This document shows, one piece after another, positions 13,571-26,700 of a stretch of DNA of 64,000 nt. The stretch's first letter is position 1. Every line of letters begins with the position of its first letter. Source of the stretch: Azolla caroliniana (Eukaryota; Plantae; Polypodiophyta); NCBI GenBank assembly GCA_043228905.1, contig JBHGNT010000004.1:22630001-22694000 (forward strand), in the 5' to 3' direction. Under the pieces are notes generated by a model, which made no database searches, had not been told where the DNA came from, and saw only the letters and a program-made list of their open reading frames with translations. The position numbers and the translations under genes are program-made.

Positions 13571-13813
13571 TTTGGATCACTCTATTCTTTTACACTTTGG
13601 TCATGTCCAAGTGTGGACAATCCAAGCTATATTGAAGCAAGGGTAGTGCATTAATATTTATCCCATGTGACCATCACTATTGCATTTTAGCATACCAACA
13701 AGGATGATCTCCAAGTCTACCTTAATTAACATAGATTTGCCTTTCAATTTAGCATTATCCACAAATAGTCGTATAGTTAGAAATGCCAATGACTGATTTT
13801 TTATTGTTGCAAT

Positions 13814-14683
13814 CATAGAACGTAATATTCGTGTTCGTGCAAGCATTCAAATGTTTGAAAAGGGGAAAATGCATGCTCCTTTTTTTTCCTTTTTTTTCAT
13901 TTAATCATTACAAATTCAGCTTACCCTAGTGGTAAGGAGTCATGCTTTTGCTGTCTATGTCTTGGGTTCAATTCCCAATTTTCTCATCTCTCTCTCTCGT
14001 TAGCACCATGTCAATTTTCTCGTCTCTCTCTCGTTAGTACCATGTCATAGCAAAATTTTATGTTAGTGTTATATTAGTTTTTTCCTTTTCTTTTATCTTC
14101 TTACTATTAGAAATAAGCTCAACCTAGTGGTAAGTAGCCATGCTACTATTGCTTGTGTTTTGGGTTCAATTCCCAACTTTTTCATATCCTCTTGCTAGTG
14201 TCATGCCACAATTTTATGTTAGTGTCATGTTCCTTTTTTTTCTTTCTTTATTATTAGAAATTAGCTCACCCTAGTGGTAAGTTGTTATGCTACTACTACC
14301 TATGTCATGTTTTCTTCATATTCTCGAATATACGTTTTATGAATTTTTGAACGTTTGATTATAATTTATAATGACATATTTTGATTCAATCTCTATAGTT
14401 CATACTCATTTTTTTGTAAAGTTCTAAAGTGAGGATGATAAAGATGTCTTGATTCTTAAGAAGCATCCCAAAGGTATGCATGTGATACAATGCAAATATT
14501 GCCACCATACATATGTTGGTGGTTCACAATGGATTAGAGTCCACTTATTGGGATTGAGAGTGAATCAATATATAATATAGACCATAGTCAATCCAATCCA
14601 ACTTTGAGATGATTTACCATACACGTTTAATTGCATCATTCTCGAATGCGAATGCACGTATGATACGCATGGTTCATTCTATG
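13814..14683 (+). mobile_element. Non-autonomous hAT DNA transposon (870 bp)
   Basis: TIR CATAGAACG / CATTCTATG and perfect 8-bp TSD GTTGCAAT (13806-13813, 14684-14691). BED-finger remnant KKHPKGMHVIQCKYCHHTYVGGSQWIRVHLLG at ~14455-14555. Confidence 0.92.
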
Positions 14684-15404
14684 GTTGCAATATGTAGTTA
14701 TTTTTGGATATCAAGGAAACTTTGCATTTTCTTGAAGTCCATCCATGCTCTCGTGGGGTTTGTAGAGACAAAAAAAGATTCAGTTGATTTTCATGTCAAA
14801 GGGCCAATGTGACAATAGAGAGATACTCTGGTCATTGAATAATTGGCATCAAGTTTCCTTCCAAAGGAACTTAGACGATATCAACAAAGTCAAGAATGTT
14901 ATCTTGCTCTTGAATGGGACAATGTGTTGCAGGCTGCGGAGTGTTTTTTGAATCATCCTTATGCATAATGCTTCAAACCTAGTATTTGATATTGGAGTGT
15001 GCAAATCCTCTCCTTGCTACGGTGTTTACCTTATCTAGTTTATTGAAAGATCCAAAAGAGACATAAATATCAAAGGATGCAAGCTTATTTTTGACAAACT
15101 TCCATTTGTGAATCTCTACTTGATCATTTAGAATCCCTTAAATAGAGACATTCCCAATCTAATACACAAAATACTTGAGGAACTTAGAAGTCTCCTCCCT
15201 TTCCACACAAATATATCTAAGGCGCATGAAATTGCATGAGGAACTTGAGGAAAACTATTCTTCAATTTAATGAAGTTATTGTACGAAAATAAAAAGCATC
15301 AATGTGATTATGCATTTCATCATATATTGGATCTCACAGAACTAGTTGGTATCAGCTGAATTATTTGTTACATAATAATGAGAAGTATTGTTAAGAAGGC
15401 GTAC

Positions 15405-15621
15405 CTTCGTCTCTGAGCTTGGAATCTGTTTTTGAGTTTTCTTTTCCCTATTTTGAGAAATAGAATCAGTAACTAATGCATGTGATTCATCCTTTGGTGA
15501 AGCTTCTTCCCCATTTTCCAGCTTCTTATTATCATTTTCCTGATCATCACATTCTGGACAAATGTAGAGGTCCATTTTTTTCACTTGTTCTTGGCTCAGG
15601 TTCATGCATGTAGGATGGAAC
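15405..15621 (-). CDS. EBS: EBS-like gene exon 4 (C-terminal half of PHD finger and tail)
   Basis: atgcAG|G TTC CAT CCT ACA TGC (W-FHPTC...YICPEC) completes the PHD finger; ends AAG|GTACGC in phase 0. Confidence 0.92.
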
Positions 15622-18600
15622 CTGCATCATTATGCACAAACATAATAAATCAAACTTGTTAGAGAAGGTAAGAATTAGCCAAGTTCATATAGAAAGATAG
15701 AACCTGTTTATGTATCAATCAACCCATAAAAGATCAATATCACAAATCATGAATATCCAACAGTACAAGAATTTTACACTAGTTTTTCATAAAACAGTGA
15801 TGGGTTTCTACATTTATATATACAGCAAAGTTATTATATGAAAAGGCTAACCAATAGCGTGCCATTTATTGGTTAAAACTTAAGAAACTTTATCCCATTG
15901 AACTAGCTGTTATAGCTCCCTATCTCCAACATGAAAAGGCAGCAGCTAAGGATCTACAAAAGGCTAAACAAAATGCAATACAAGAAACTCATAACAATCC
16001 TTCTTATATGCATATTTAAGTTTAGGGCAGTCCATTTGCACATCACATTCCTAATCATCTGGTTACTATGACTATTGATAAAATAGGTTTATATGTATGC
16101 TGACACTTTTAAGTCACAGATACAGAGACTTTTCATGCTAAAAACTGTATCCACAAGGGAGAGAGAGGATATGTTTATACTTTACAAGATAATAATAATA
16201 AGTTACAAAGTATGCACTAGCAATAGAAATGCATGAGCATGCTCAAACTAGAACACTATCTTACTTTGTAAGATGAGAGAGCATAGCATTAACTGAGTGG
16301 CCTATATATTGGCTGCTATTTTATTTGAGCAATTTCGCATACATCAGTTTCCATTATGGAGCAAGCCTTTGCTCGACTTTACTGATGTGGACCCTTCAGA
16401 GACAGTTGTGCATATACAATTTAAAGACCATGGACAAGGTGGTTACTGTTTGATCAACATTTAACAGAGTCTCCTCTCTAAGGAGTCTTAGTGGACATGA
16501 TAGCTCAAGAAAATTTGGAACAGCCATAGATTTTGATGATTGGCCACATGATAGATATGGTTCAAATAATTCATGCCTCATCCGATTGTCCATGCTCAGA
16601 TGTGAGTAGCCCCAATACTGATTGTTCAAGCTGGGATTTGGGGCCTGCCAATGTTAATATACCCAAGCCAAGCATTGATATCATCAAAGCGTTTGGCAAA
16701 TCCGGAGGCCCCATAATGGTGATATGTTCAAATGCATGATCCGTTCCACTCATGTGACATGAGTATAGATGCACTATCCCAATTCCTATGCAGCCTTCAT
16801 GGACAGGATTGGACAGAATTGGAATAGAGAAGAAAGTGATAAACTATATCATCAAACTAGATATAGAGATGACATCAATCAGCCTCAGAAAAGGGTGCGG
16901 AGGATTGTTTCTGCCAGTTGTAATCATAGGAACATTGTGATGTTGAATCAAAGGAGCATTATGTTTGTAATCCAGGAAGCTAGATTGCTCCTAAACAAGT
17001 AAGTTAATATACCAACTGCCCCAAAGCCTGGTGTTCCGTTCAGTTTTTCTTTAATTATAACCAGTTGAAGAAAATAAAATAAGATTGAGCTCAAATCCTA
17101 AAGACCACAGTAAACAGTTTTATTATAAACTGTAAACCCTAAGCCTTATATCAATCATATCATTGGGTGGGTGGAATAGCCATCCTGCTGACCATTGAGA
17201 TTCTAATATTGGTATCAAAGAATCATTTCTTCTATTGTGGTGAGCTCACCACCACTGAGAAAACACTTGCATGGAGAAATGTTTGGCTCTGATGAAGTTG
17301 ATCAAGAGGCCTTGAATCTATATTCTACAATCATGATAAGCAGATAGTAATGATTATGGCTAAGAATCTACAAATCATTTTTCAACATGAACTTATACAA
17401 ATGTGAACCATGAGGGATGAATCCCAATGCAGAGTTATCCCGAGTATCCAAATGTGAACCCATGCCCGATATGAACAGTCGACTTATCCAAATGATAATT
17501 GCATAGTTTACATTAAAGGGAATTGTTATTATAATCTGGCTTATGGAATCCTATAACTATCATGGAATAAAGGCTTGGAAGGGATACCATTATTAGAATT
17601 CCTATGAGATTGCAATGAGGAAATGAAAAAACCCAATAACAGCTAAAAAGGAACTTGGGATGACAGAACGAATATGTGATTATGATAAACGGAATATGTG
17701 ACAGAATGAATATGGAACAAAGCAGTTGCAAGGCAGACAGCAGGAAGTAGTAGCAAAGACAGATGATGAAGATGCATAAGGTGAGCCATGGCAACAAGGT
17801 AGTTTGGGATCATGGAGCAATGATGGCTGCAGCACCATAAAATTCAAGTTCTCTCACAAGAGATGTTGCTGCAGGGTATCAAGCATAGGTAACAAATAAA
17901 ATAGTTCCCCCACAACTTGGGAACAGGTGTGTTGAACTTGGTAAAGCTTGATCCACCCGACAAGTTGGAAATGGGCAGTCTAACATGACAGAAGAGAGAT
18001 GTGAACAAAAGAAATGTACGTTAACATCTATGAGAGACGAAACAAAAATAGGTTAGCATCTATTGTAGGTGACTTGAGATTATCCATACTGAAACAAAAA
18101 TCAAAGCTTAACATCCATGATCTTTATGTGAATGATCTTTAATATGCATGAGAGAAATTACAAATGGCAATGATTCTTGATATGGTTTTGCAAGCATCAT
18201 GTGCATAACTACTACATATGGCATAAATGGTGGTGAGACACGATTAGTTTGTGTGGTGGAGCAAGAAAATAATCAATGGCAAGTGTTTAGCCTAAGCCAA
18301 GTTTAATGCTGTGCAACATATAAAATATTAGTGTACTGAAGCCCTAGTTTCATCAATAGCTGCATCAAAGTTGTAACTACAGCATTAATAGGTCTTAGAT
18401 TTCCAGTAATGTTCGCATATGCCAAAGAATAAATTTTTTTGCAAACTGCAAACCAGTTTCGATTTGAATGGTTTCGGTTTGACAATCTAATAAACAGTTC
18501 AATTTAGGTTTGATGATTTCTTAAATGGTTAAGTTTAATGGGTTTGTAGTTTGGTTTGGTTTAGGTTTCAAATGTTTTTTAACAGTTTGGTTTGATTTCC

Positions 18601-18875
18601 AAACCAGACCACTGCTTATCGCTGGCTGTGACTTGTATTCAACGGATTTACAATCTTTGAACATAAAAATATCCAAGATTCGAACTTACCTCATCAGAGC
18701 AAAAATATGAATAAGATAACCCATGCTCAAATGCATGTGGTTATAATCATGCAAGACAAATATACATGCATGAACATGTTTTCGCTTACAGCGAGAAAAA
18801 AATGAGGTACTTATCAATCATTTATATTGCATGATGCATCTCCTAGATTTCCAAAAAGCAAAAGAGTGTATTTAC

Positions 18876-18944
18876 CAATCCTTGCAAGATTCGCATTGCA
18901 CCATCAAATCGTCCGGATTGTAGGGCATTTCACACTTACAGTAT
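18876..18944 (-). CDS. EBS: EBS-like gene exon 3 (PHD N-half YCKCEMPYNPDDLMVQCESCKDW)
   Basis: ccAG|A TAC TGT ... GAT TG|GTAAA; the diagnostic EBS/SHL PHD sequence. Confidence 0.96.
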
Positions 18945-19053
18945 CTGGATCCCAAGACAGTCAAAGGGTAAAAGTGGAAAATTTCCAAGCTCTTAATTAA
19001 CAAGACTGGATAGTAAATTAAGAAATCTGAGGTTAAGTTAGTAAGATGTTTAC

Positions 19054-19396
19054 ACAGCCACTCTGTCAGGAGTGAATGCTCCTGTGCTAGCTTTGTAGTC
19101 AAATCTGCAAAAGTAATCCTCAGCGCCAACACTATCGAGTTTTGTATAGCTCTTGAAAGTGTGGACGGTGCACTTTCCTTCCACAGTGTCCCCACTTTGG
19201 ATATCATAATGGTCCGATAAGAAAAGCTCTTTTGCGCCATGAAACTGTCGACGTCCTCCCATGGACTCCTCTGGACGGTAGTACCATCTCACGTGAACTT
19301 TGATATTGTTTTTGTGATCAGCTTCAATCTTCTCAAGTCTTGCAACATAAGGTGGATTTTTTGGGTCCGAAGCTCGTAGCAAAACACAGTCACCAA
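19054..19396 (-). CDS. EBS: EBS-like gene exon 2 (BAH domain)
   Basis: VGDCVLLR...PPYVAR...[27 protein letters not shown]...[10 protein letters not shown], bounded by cAG| and |GTAAAC. Residues [16 protein letters not shown] and AVYCK are closer to EBS than to SHL. Confidence 0.97.
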
Positions 19397-20421
19397 CTGC
19401 TTGCATCATCATCATCAATTTCATAAGATTTTGTTCATTGATAAAGTGTGCTTTCAAAAGGTCTTGGGTGTTTTTCAGAACATATTAGATGCTTTTTTAG
19501 GAAAAAACACATCCATGAGATAAGAGGCATATTGAACTTTCAACTGAATAAATATACGAAAAGTCAACATCCCAAAAATCTTTTTCCTTCTCTAAACCAG
19601 TTCAATTGTACATGTTTATCTTCATTGCGCTCATGTTTTGTGAGATATATATGCATAAAACCCCATAGTTTCACGGTGTAATGTATTTTTACAGGCTAGA
19701 AATACAAAAGACAGACATTGAAGAATCTTTGACCTTATCTAATCCAAAAGGATAGTATATGTTGTTGGTCATAGAACTAGAATTTGTGAAGTTTACATAA
19801 TTTTTAACTGAGAATACTATGGATGACATAAGTAAGAGGTATAATGTATTCTTAGTGCCTAAGATTCTTTACTCGTACATTCCAGCATCTTCATTTCCCT
19901 TGCATATTATTTATTTATCTTTGTGAAACTATATTTTTGGTACAATTTGTACACAAACGTGAACCAACTGAAATTCAAGAATAACCATGGCAAAGACCTC
20001 TACTAGGTAGGTAGTAAATAGATTGGTTGAAAAAAAACAGGTTTTTTAGAGTGCCTGTCTAACGATAAAGGACTTGTACATCAATGCAGATATTAGGAAT
20101 TGAACTCATGATCTCAGGGAAAGGAGATATTTTTTTCAGATAATGAGTTAAAGCAACAAATCGGGATTCCTATTCCTCGCTCACGTGAGTGTGTCTCAGT
20201 TTCGAACCACTTCGTCAAAGAAAAAAAAATCCAGACAGTGAAGGACTAATCAGGATATCGGAATTCAGAAAAACTGGAACTTTGCAATTTGCTCCAACTC
20301 TGAGCAAGCTCTGCAACAATGTAGAATTTCTAGCAGACACGAGTTTCCTTGGATACTGCAGAATTTCGAGGGATTTGTTTCTCATGCAAAAGAAGAAGAA
20401 GAAAAAGAACAGAAGGAAGAC

Positions 20422-20423
<2 letters not shown>

Positions 20424-20465
<42 letters not shown>

Positions 20466-20760
20466 GCCTTTAGCGACCTTGTGAGTTCCTTTGATGACGT
20501 AGGAGTCGAGGACCTTCTTAACAGGCTTGGATTTGGCCATGCGGGAGCATGAGAGAGGCCCCCGACAGAAGAACAGAAGCTGTTAGGGTTTGGAACACTG
20601 AACCATAAGGGAGGAGAGGGCTTCTGAACGAAAGAAGAAGAAGAAGAAGAAGAAGAGAGGGAGAGAGGGGGGGGGGGGGGGGGGCGGTGCTTCGATTCAA
20701 AATATGAGTTGACATCATCCCATCCATCCATCTCTCCTACTACATACATGATACATCTAC

Positions 20761-20791
<31 letters not shown>

Positions 20792-20810
20792 TGTATCTAT
20801 CTATCTATCT
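20424..20810. repeat. Microsatellite cluster around exon 1 / 5' leader: (GA)n, (GAA)n, G19, (ATGT)n
   Basis: (GA)n 20424-20462, (GAA)n ~20632-20656, poly-G ~20666-20684, (TATG)n ~20762-20796. Confidence 0.9.
20468..20540 (-). CDS. EBS: EBS-like gene exon 1 (MAKSKPVKKVLDSYVIKGTHKVAK)
   Basis: ATG at 20540. LDSYxIKGTxK matches the EBS N-terminus. Donor is AAG|GCAAGT (GC-AG), phase 1. Confidence 0.9.
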
Positions 20811-21779
20811 CTATTAATTAGTATTGCTAAGTATAGTTATTTACTAGCTAATTTACACACTCCCAATCCCGCCCCCCATGCCCCCCTGTTGATGGGTGCC
20901 AACGTGTCTAATGGGCGCACACCACCAAACTCGCCATCAACCCGATTGGTGTCCGCCTCATGTCACAACCCTCACCCCTCGAAGAGCTTATTTATGTCAA
21001 CCACTCGTCTTCACAGTTGACCAACCTGGTCCTCAGTTTCATCCAACATTTTCTCATCCGAATCCACGCGTCATCCTCTGAGCTCGTGGCATCTGGCTCA
21101 ACCCAATATCTGCTCCGATATCTCTGTCAGCATCGTCTATGATCGTTTGGACAAGTTGACTTCCGAACATATCGTGTTGCTGACTCATGAAACACAGGAT
21201 CACTTGTGACATGAACTTGATAGGTTGAAGGGTTATAATTGCTTGTACCCCTTCTACTAATTAACGAAGAAAAAACACAATTTTCTGACTTTGGGTTGAG
21301 CATCATTCATGCTTTGTTAGGTGCCTACACATAAGTGACACTTGTTGAGCACTCTTAAATGTCATTGATCAAGCCTCTCTCCAAAGAAGCATTCACATGG
21401 AGTAATGGGGAGCCATTCCAATGGTTTCCAATTCGTGAGATAGGGATTCGTGCATTTGGCTTTCACCCATTATGTGTGCAACATGTGTTTCTTGTTCATC
21501 ACAATGCATGGAACTTTCGTGATGGAGTAGTTCTTTCGTTCCATTATATTACAATTTGAATATTGATGATAAGCAATAATCATATTTAGAATAAAGAAAA
21601 TAATGGCTTAAGGGTGCTTAACCATAATAACCACCCTCAATTGAAGAGTAAGAGATGAACATAAAATACCATTCAATGTCCCATACCACTAAATATTACC
21701 CTATGTTATACATTCTTCTTCTTCTTCTTTTCCAACAATGGTTTATATTATGTCTAAAATGATTTAAATGATACATGGA

Positions 21780-21994
21780 CACTTCCAAAATTCTTAACAA
21801 CTTCATCGTGGATTTTTTACCTTTTTCAACTGCTCTTAGGTTGCCAGAAACATTCATTAGTGCACCACATTTAGTATACATATCTACCAAAGCATTGCTA
21901 AGTACAATACACCATGTTTTTCTAGCAATCCCTTGTCGATGATCTCCTCATGAACTTCCTTTCCCTTATCAACTGCTTGTACATGGCCATATGC
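21780..21994 (-). pseudogene. PLS-class PPR gene fragment
   Basis: Minus strand reads AYGHVQAVDKGKEVHEEIIDKGLLEK...NALVDMYTKCGAL and a second GNLRAVEKGKK(I)HDEVV motif, frameshifted. These are typical L/S PPR motifs. Confidence 0.8.
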
Positions 21995-21999
21995 CTCAT

Positions 22000-24900
22000 G
22001 TCAGTGGAGGAAATACCTAGAGAGGTGGTTGATACCTCCAACGTATACAACCATTAAACATGATTCAACCTTTTCCATCTCTTCTTAAAAACCCCTTGCT
22101 TTCAAAAGACTACATCTAAATCACCTTTGATAGCATCGTATTCTTCGTTTAGTGTATGCACCAAAGTCAACCAAATCTCCTTGACTACATCCACAACATT
22201 CCATTGAATTTCTTGAAATATTCTTCGACATCTACTAGCTCACAAAAACCCATTACACTATTGAACTAATCGTCTCCCAAACCACTGTACCATCATGTAT
22301 TGAATTAATAGACATACCTGGCAACACTTCCTCAACATATTTACCTCTTGTAGAAAATGCAAAGTTAACCTTTTCTTTTTCATAATCTTGTAGTTCACCC
22401 TTAATATTTGCCCAGATCATTGTCCCCCATTTATATGCTCTAGAACCATATACCTCATGTAAGTGACGCAAAAACCTTTTTCAAACCAAGTTGTTTGCCA
22501 TACATGACCAGAATAGATGATGAAGAGACTCCATCTCTAACCCACAGAAATCACAAATCTTATCCACATCCTTGCAATACATCCAAACACTAATAGGAAT
22601 CACATAATGAGCAAGCAACCATCTAAATAAATATAATCTTCTTTGGAATTTGCGTGGCCCATATCCATTTCCAAAATGTTGCCATGCGAGTCAGATCAAC
22701 ATTATAACTCGACCATGTCTTAGTTGTTGTTAGCTAGTGGGGCACCCTACCCAATCGAACCGAATATTGATAAAATGGAATAAGCCGAACATCCTCCCCA
22801 AACTATGTAGGTAACCACATACATTCCCCTACATACCATGCCAATTCACATAATGGTTTTTCCCCACTACCCATAGATCCCACAATGGATTAACAACATA
22901 GGATCAAGGGATCAATGATCCAGATCTTATCCACCTTAGTTAGAATGCTAACATATTGTAATGTAGCCTCAACCATACATTCATCTTCTAAGGGGATCCT
23001 CCCTAACCGTTCATCTTGTAGAACATCATAACTTAAGAAAGCACCATTACCTCTAAGGCCTTGGATAATAGCCATTCGTAACTTATTGTGCTCCACAGTC
23101 TTGTATACTTTCAATCTAAGAATTTTGCAAAACATTTATAGAAGGTGCACTTTGCAATTTCCACATTTGTAAAATATATTGTCTAAAAGATTTATCCAAA
23201 TAAATCCATTTCGAGATATGACCAAAACTATTGTTGTGATAAGGCTTTTTTCCAACAACCATAATCACATGTGCATGATTTGAGAACAAAGAGCTTAATA
23301 AAATACCAATCTCCCCACCCTTTTCAACAAAATAATCATCAATATACATTTTGTCCAAACGTGATAGATATACCCCTACAACCTTCTATTTGACCTAGAG
23401 AAATTTAATGAATCTCTTAAACGAACAAAAGATGCAACATGTCATGCATCGTGCAATTTTAATGATAAACACAATCTTTCCCAAGTTGTCAACTCAGTAG
23501 CACTTATCAAAGCATGGGAACTTCTGGTCTTATCATCAAAATCCTCAATCATTTTAGACTTACCCACCATACACTAGTGATCATCTAACAATAAATCATA
23601 ACCTATCTTAAACCAAAATTCCCTTCTAGCCCCTCTTGAATTCGGAGCATAAATATTAAGAAAGCCCAACTTAAGGTCAGAGACCATGAGGATGATATAT
23701 TGAGCTCTACCATCGACCAATACACGACAGTCTAACACCTACTGACTCCATTTCTCCGCTAAGGCTATACATAAATCTCCATGATTATCTTGACTGTCGA
23801 TCGTAGGAGCCTATTAGTATTTCCGACTTCCTTTTAACACCTTCCCATATGTAGCTATTCTCTTATCAGATAGCTATTCTCTAGGACAAAATTCAGAAAT
23901 GATTCATAACTCAACTAACATTGTTTACTAGCCTTAGTTCTCCCATCCAATGCAAACTTTTTAAACTTGCATTCCGTATTGGTTATTTTCAATCCATTAT
24001 GGGACATCATATTCAAGTAAGGACAATATTATGTTTCTTTGCATGAGGCATGAAACGGTTAATCATAATATTTCTATCCCACTACCTCATTACGAACATT
24101 ATGCACATCCACAACATTTGTTTTCTGATTGAAGTGATGATTAAAATTAAACCCACTTTCTAAATATTTTGACCTAGACCTAGTTATACGCCCATTGTAG
24201 TTATGGTTCTCACTTTCAGCAATCACAAGTTGGAACAAGCTAACCAATTCCCCACTTTTTTCCACAATAGAGTGTTCTTGCATTATTGTGTGAACTTCCT
24301 TTTTGTCATATACAACTAATGGCAAGTTTTCATCTCCCTTCTTCCCTAAACCTTCGTCATAGTGCACCAAGGTATGGTTACCCTTGGGAGGATTCTCAAC
24401 CACCAAAGAGTCTAGTAAATTATTAACTCCTATGTCCATGGAAGAAGTAGAAAGATCACTATCTATAATATGATCCATCTTAGGTTTGTGTTTGGTAATA
24501 GGACCTCCATCTACCTCCTCAACTAGAACATCATCCACCAAGTAATGTTTGTGTTGAGAGCATCAATGGGTTTAAATCTATTTCCTATTGGAACCCATTT
24601 ATTGGAAAGCTCCACATTCTTGGCAAGAAGAACTTTTCCTTTTCTCACCGTAGTCCAGTTATCCACCACATTTGTAGCCACCTTATCTTTAAATTTCTCC
24701 ATACTATTCCCATGAGGCACATTCTGCCACATACAATCTTTCGCCATATGACGAATTTTCCTACATTTGAATAATTGGTTTGGAAATTCAACATATGTAA
24801 GCTTTTGCACTCACACTTTACCACCAATCAATGGCGACAATCAAATCGAAGAGGGAAGAACCCTATCGGTCTGACCTAACAACCTCAATATTGGCATATC

Positions 24901-25450
24901 CTTATTTTTTGCGTTAAACCTATCAATTTCGACATCGTCATCTACTAATTGCCCGATTGTAGTAACAAGTTCCTTTATTACCGGTTGCCAATCTTTCGGT
25001 AAAGTTGGAAACATTACAAAGAAAACAAATCGCCTAGAAATTGTATCGCTCATGTCATCCAAATCGAATCCAATGTACCATTTTAAAAATTGCATCCATA
25101 TTCCTCTTATCTTAGCACTACCCAACAGAAGTAATTTATCCACCATATCACCACTAATAAATTCAACGTGGTAGCAACCCTTACTGAGAAATTGGATATC
25201 CAGAATTCACATTAACTCACCTTGCAAACAAGCCTGCAACAGGTGATGCCTCTTTGCACGATTTGGATGACCTCCCCCAACATAGATAACAACCGAGTAC
25301 TGTTGTAGGTGATCCACCTTCACATGTAACTTCCATTGTATGTTAGTAGAGAGAAAGAAGTCCACCATGAGATTTGCGACTAGAGAAGTAGCGAAGGGTG
25401 GTACATGGGAATCCCTTATGTGCATTGTTGTAGCATTGTACACACTTGTC
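22000..25450 (-). mobile_element. Decayed L1-clade LINE (ORF1, endonuclease, zf-RVT; RT apparently deleted)
   Basis: ORF1-like knuckle PNQLFKCRKIRHMAKDC (~24730-24790), endonuclease motifs GFLNIYAP (~23650) and RLDKMY (~23350), zf-RVT-like WLLAH...CDFCG...ESLHHLFWSC (~22500-22620). Confidence 0.75.
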
Positions 25451-25699
25451 ATTGTTATCTACCCTATGTTATATCTTAGATGCTAATACGAACAAATTTG
25501 AAAGAAGGGACCTTGGCCTCACATGCAAAGTATCGACATCATCTCAAGATGTCGCAATGAAGGGGGTAGCTAGTCCCTTTTATATAGTCTAACACCCCAT
25601 ACCACCACATGTCATAAGAAGTACTCACGAATTTGTTTCCAAGTTCTATGGTAACTAATTTCCCACTTATCCTACCCTTAAACCATTAAAAATTAGTCA

Positions 25700-26700
25700 T
25701 TGACATTATGCCTATAACACACTACATTGTTTTGTCGCGAGTGTGTATTGACAATGAATGTTTGCTTTTTGGAGAAATATTGTGTATTCATAAGAAAAGT
25801 ATAGTCCTCCATGATCTAACCGGAGACACAAATATGTTTCAATCAATTGCTTTCTTGACAAGACTCTTGAATTTTTAGAAGTATGAGAATACTTTGTTCT
25901 TTTCATGAATTGGATAGACCCATGCATGATCAAAGTGATCTTCGATGATGGTAATATAGTGTAGACTACAACAAAGTGTTAAGATCAACATGGGTTCCCA
26001 TACATCCAAGTATGCAATGCTTAAAAAGCTATTGCTAATGTTTCACTTCTTATTGGAATGAATGTCAATGTTGATGTTGTTTCAAATCAACATGCCTCAC
26101 ATATGCCGCTTATTGTTGAAAGTGGAGGTCTATGAAGGTTCCCCCTAACTACGAGATTTGCAAATTCTGGAGCTTGACAAGGTTGATTCATTTGTGCCAC
26201 TTTTCAATGACAACAACCTATAGGGTAGTTTGCCCAATGGCAAGCATGATCAATTTTACCTTACTTTCATCAAGGATGGACATCCAACCTTCTCTTCAAC
26301 AATGAATGACTAGTTTATATTTTGCCTTTAGATCTTTGATGAAACAACCGTATTATTTGAAGCATATGTGTATTCCTTGTTCTAGGATTTTCCAATGGAC
26401 AAAACTCTTCGTAATTGTGAGCACACAAACTGTATTTTTCATGCACATCCAATGTTTGTCATCATTGTTGAATGGGATATTGACTATGTGGCAAATTGGG
26501 TGCATGGTGTCATCACTTATCTCTATATAGTTAGGTCAATCGAGAGTCTGCAAATTGCAAAATCACTCATTTTGTCTAATGATCATGGGATTTGATGCAC
26601 TTGATTCAACAAACCATGATCACTGACCTCGTTTGTGTTAGCCAACATGGAGTTGGCCTTGCAACTCATCACGAACATTCTACCATAATCATCATGCTTG
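25700..26700 (-). pseudogene. Decayed copia protease/integrase fragment
   Basis: SWFVESSAS (protease-site-like, ~26600) and CLRLDHGGLYFSYEYTIFLQKANIHCQYT (integrase core). Confidence 0.65.

Noticed and set aside
13914-14300. Functional tRNA genes (also 31190-31262 and 32878-32946)
   Set aside because: A/B boxes are present but cloverleaf stems do not pair, and all lie inside TEs.
16390-17230. Short ORFs and a TGGTATCA PBS-like motif in EBS intron 3
   Set aside because: Probably old TE debris; no definable boundaries or domains.
18440-18615. GGTTT-rich stretch ending CCACTG resembling a hAT MITE end
   Set aside because: No matching left TIR or TSD found.
20330-21160. ORFs around the EBS 5' region
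   Set aside because: Driven by microsatellites and low complexity; no recognisable domain.
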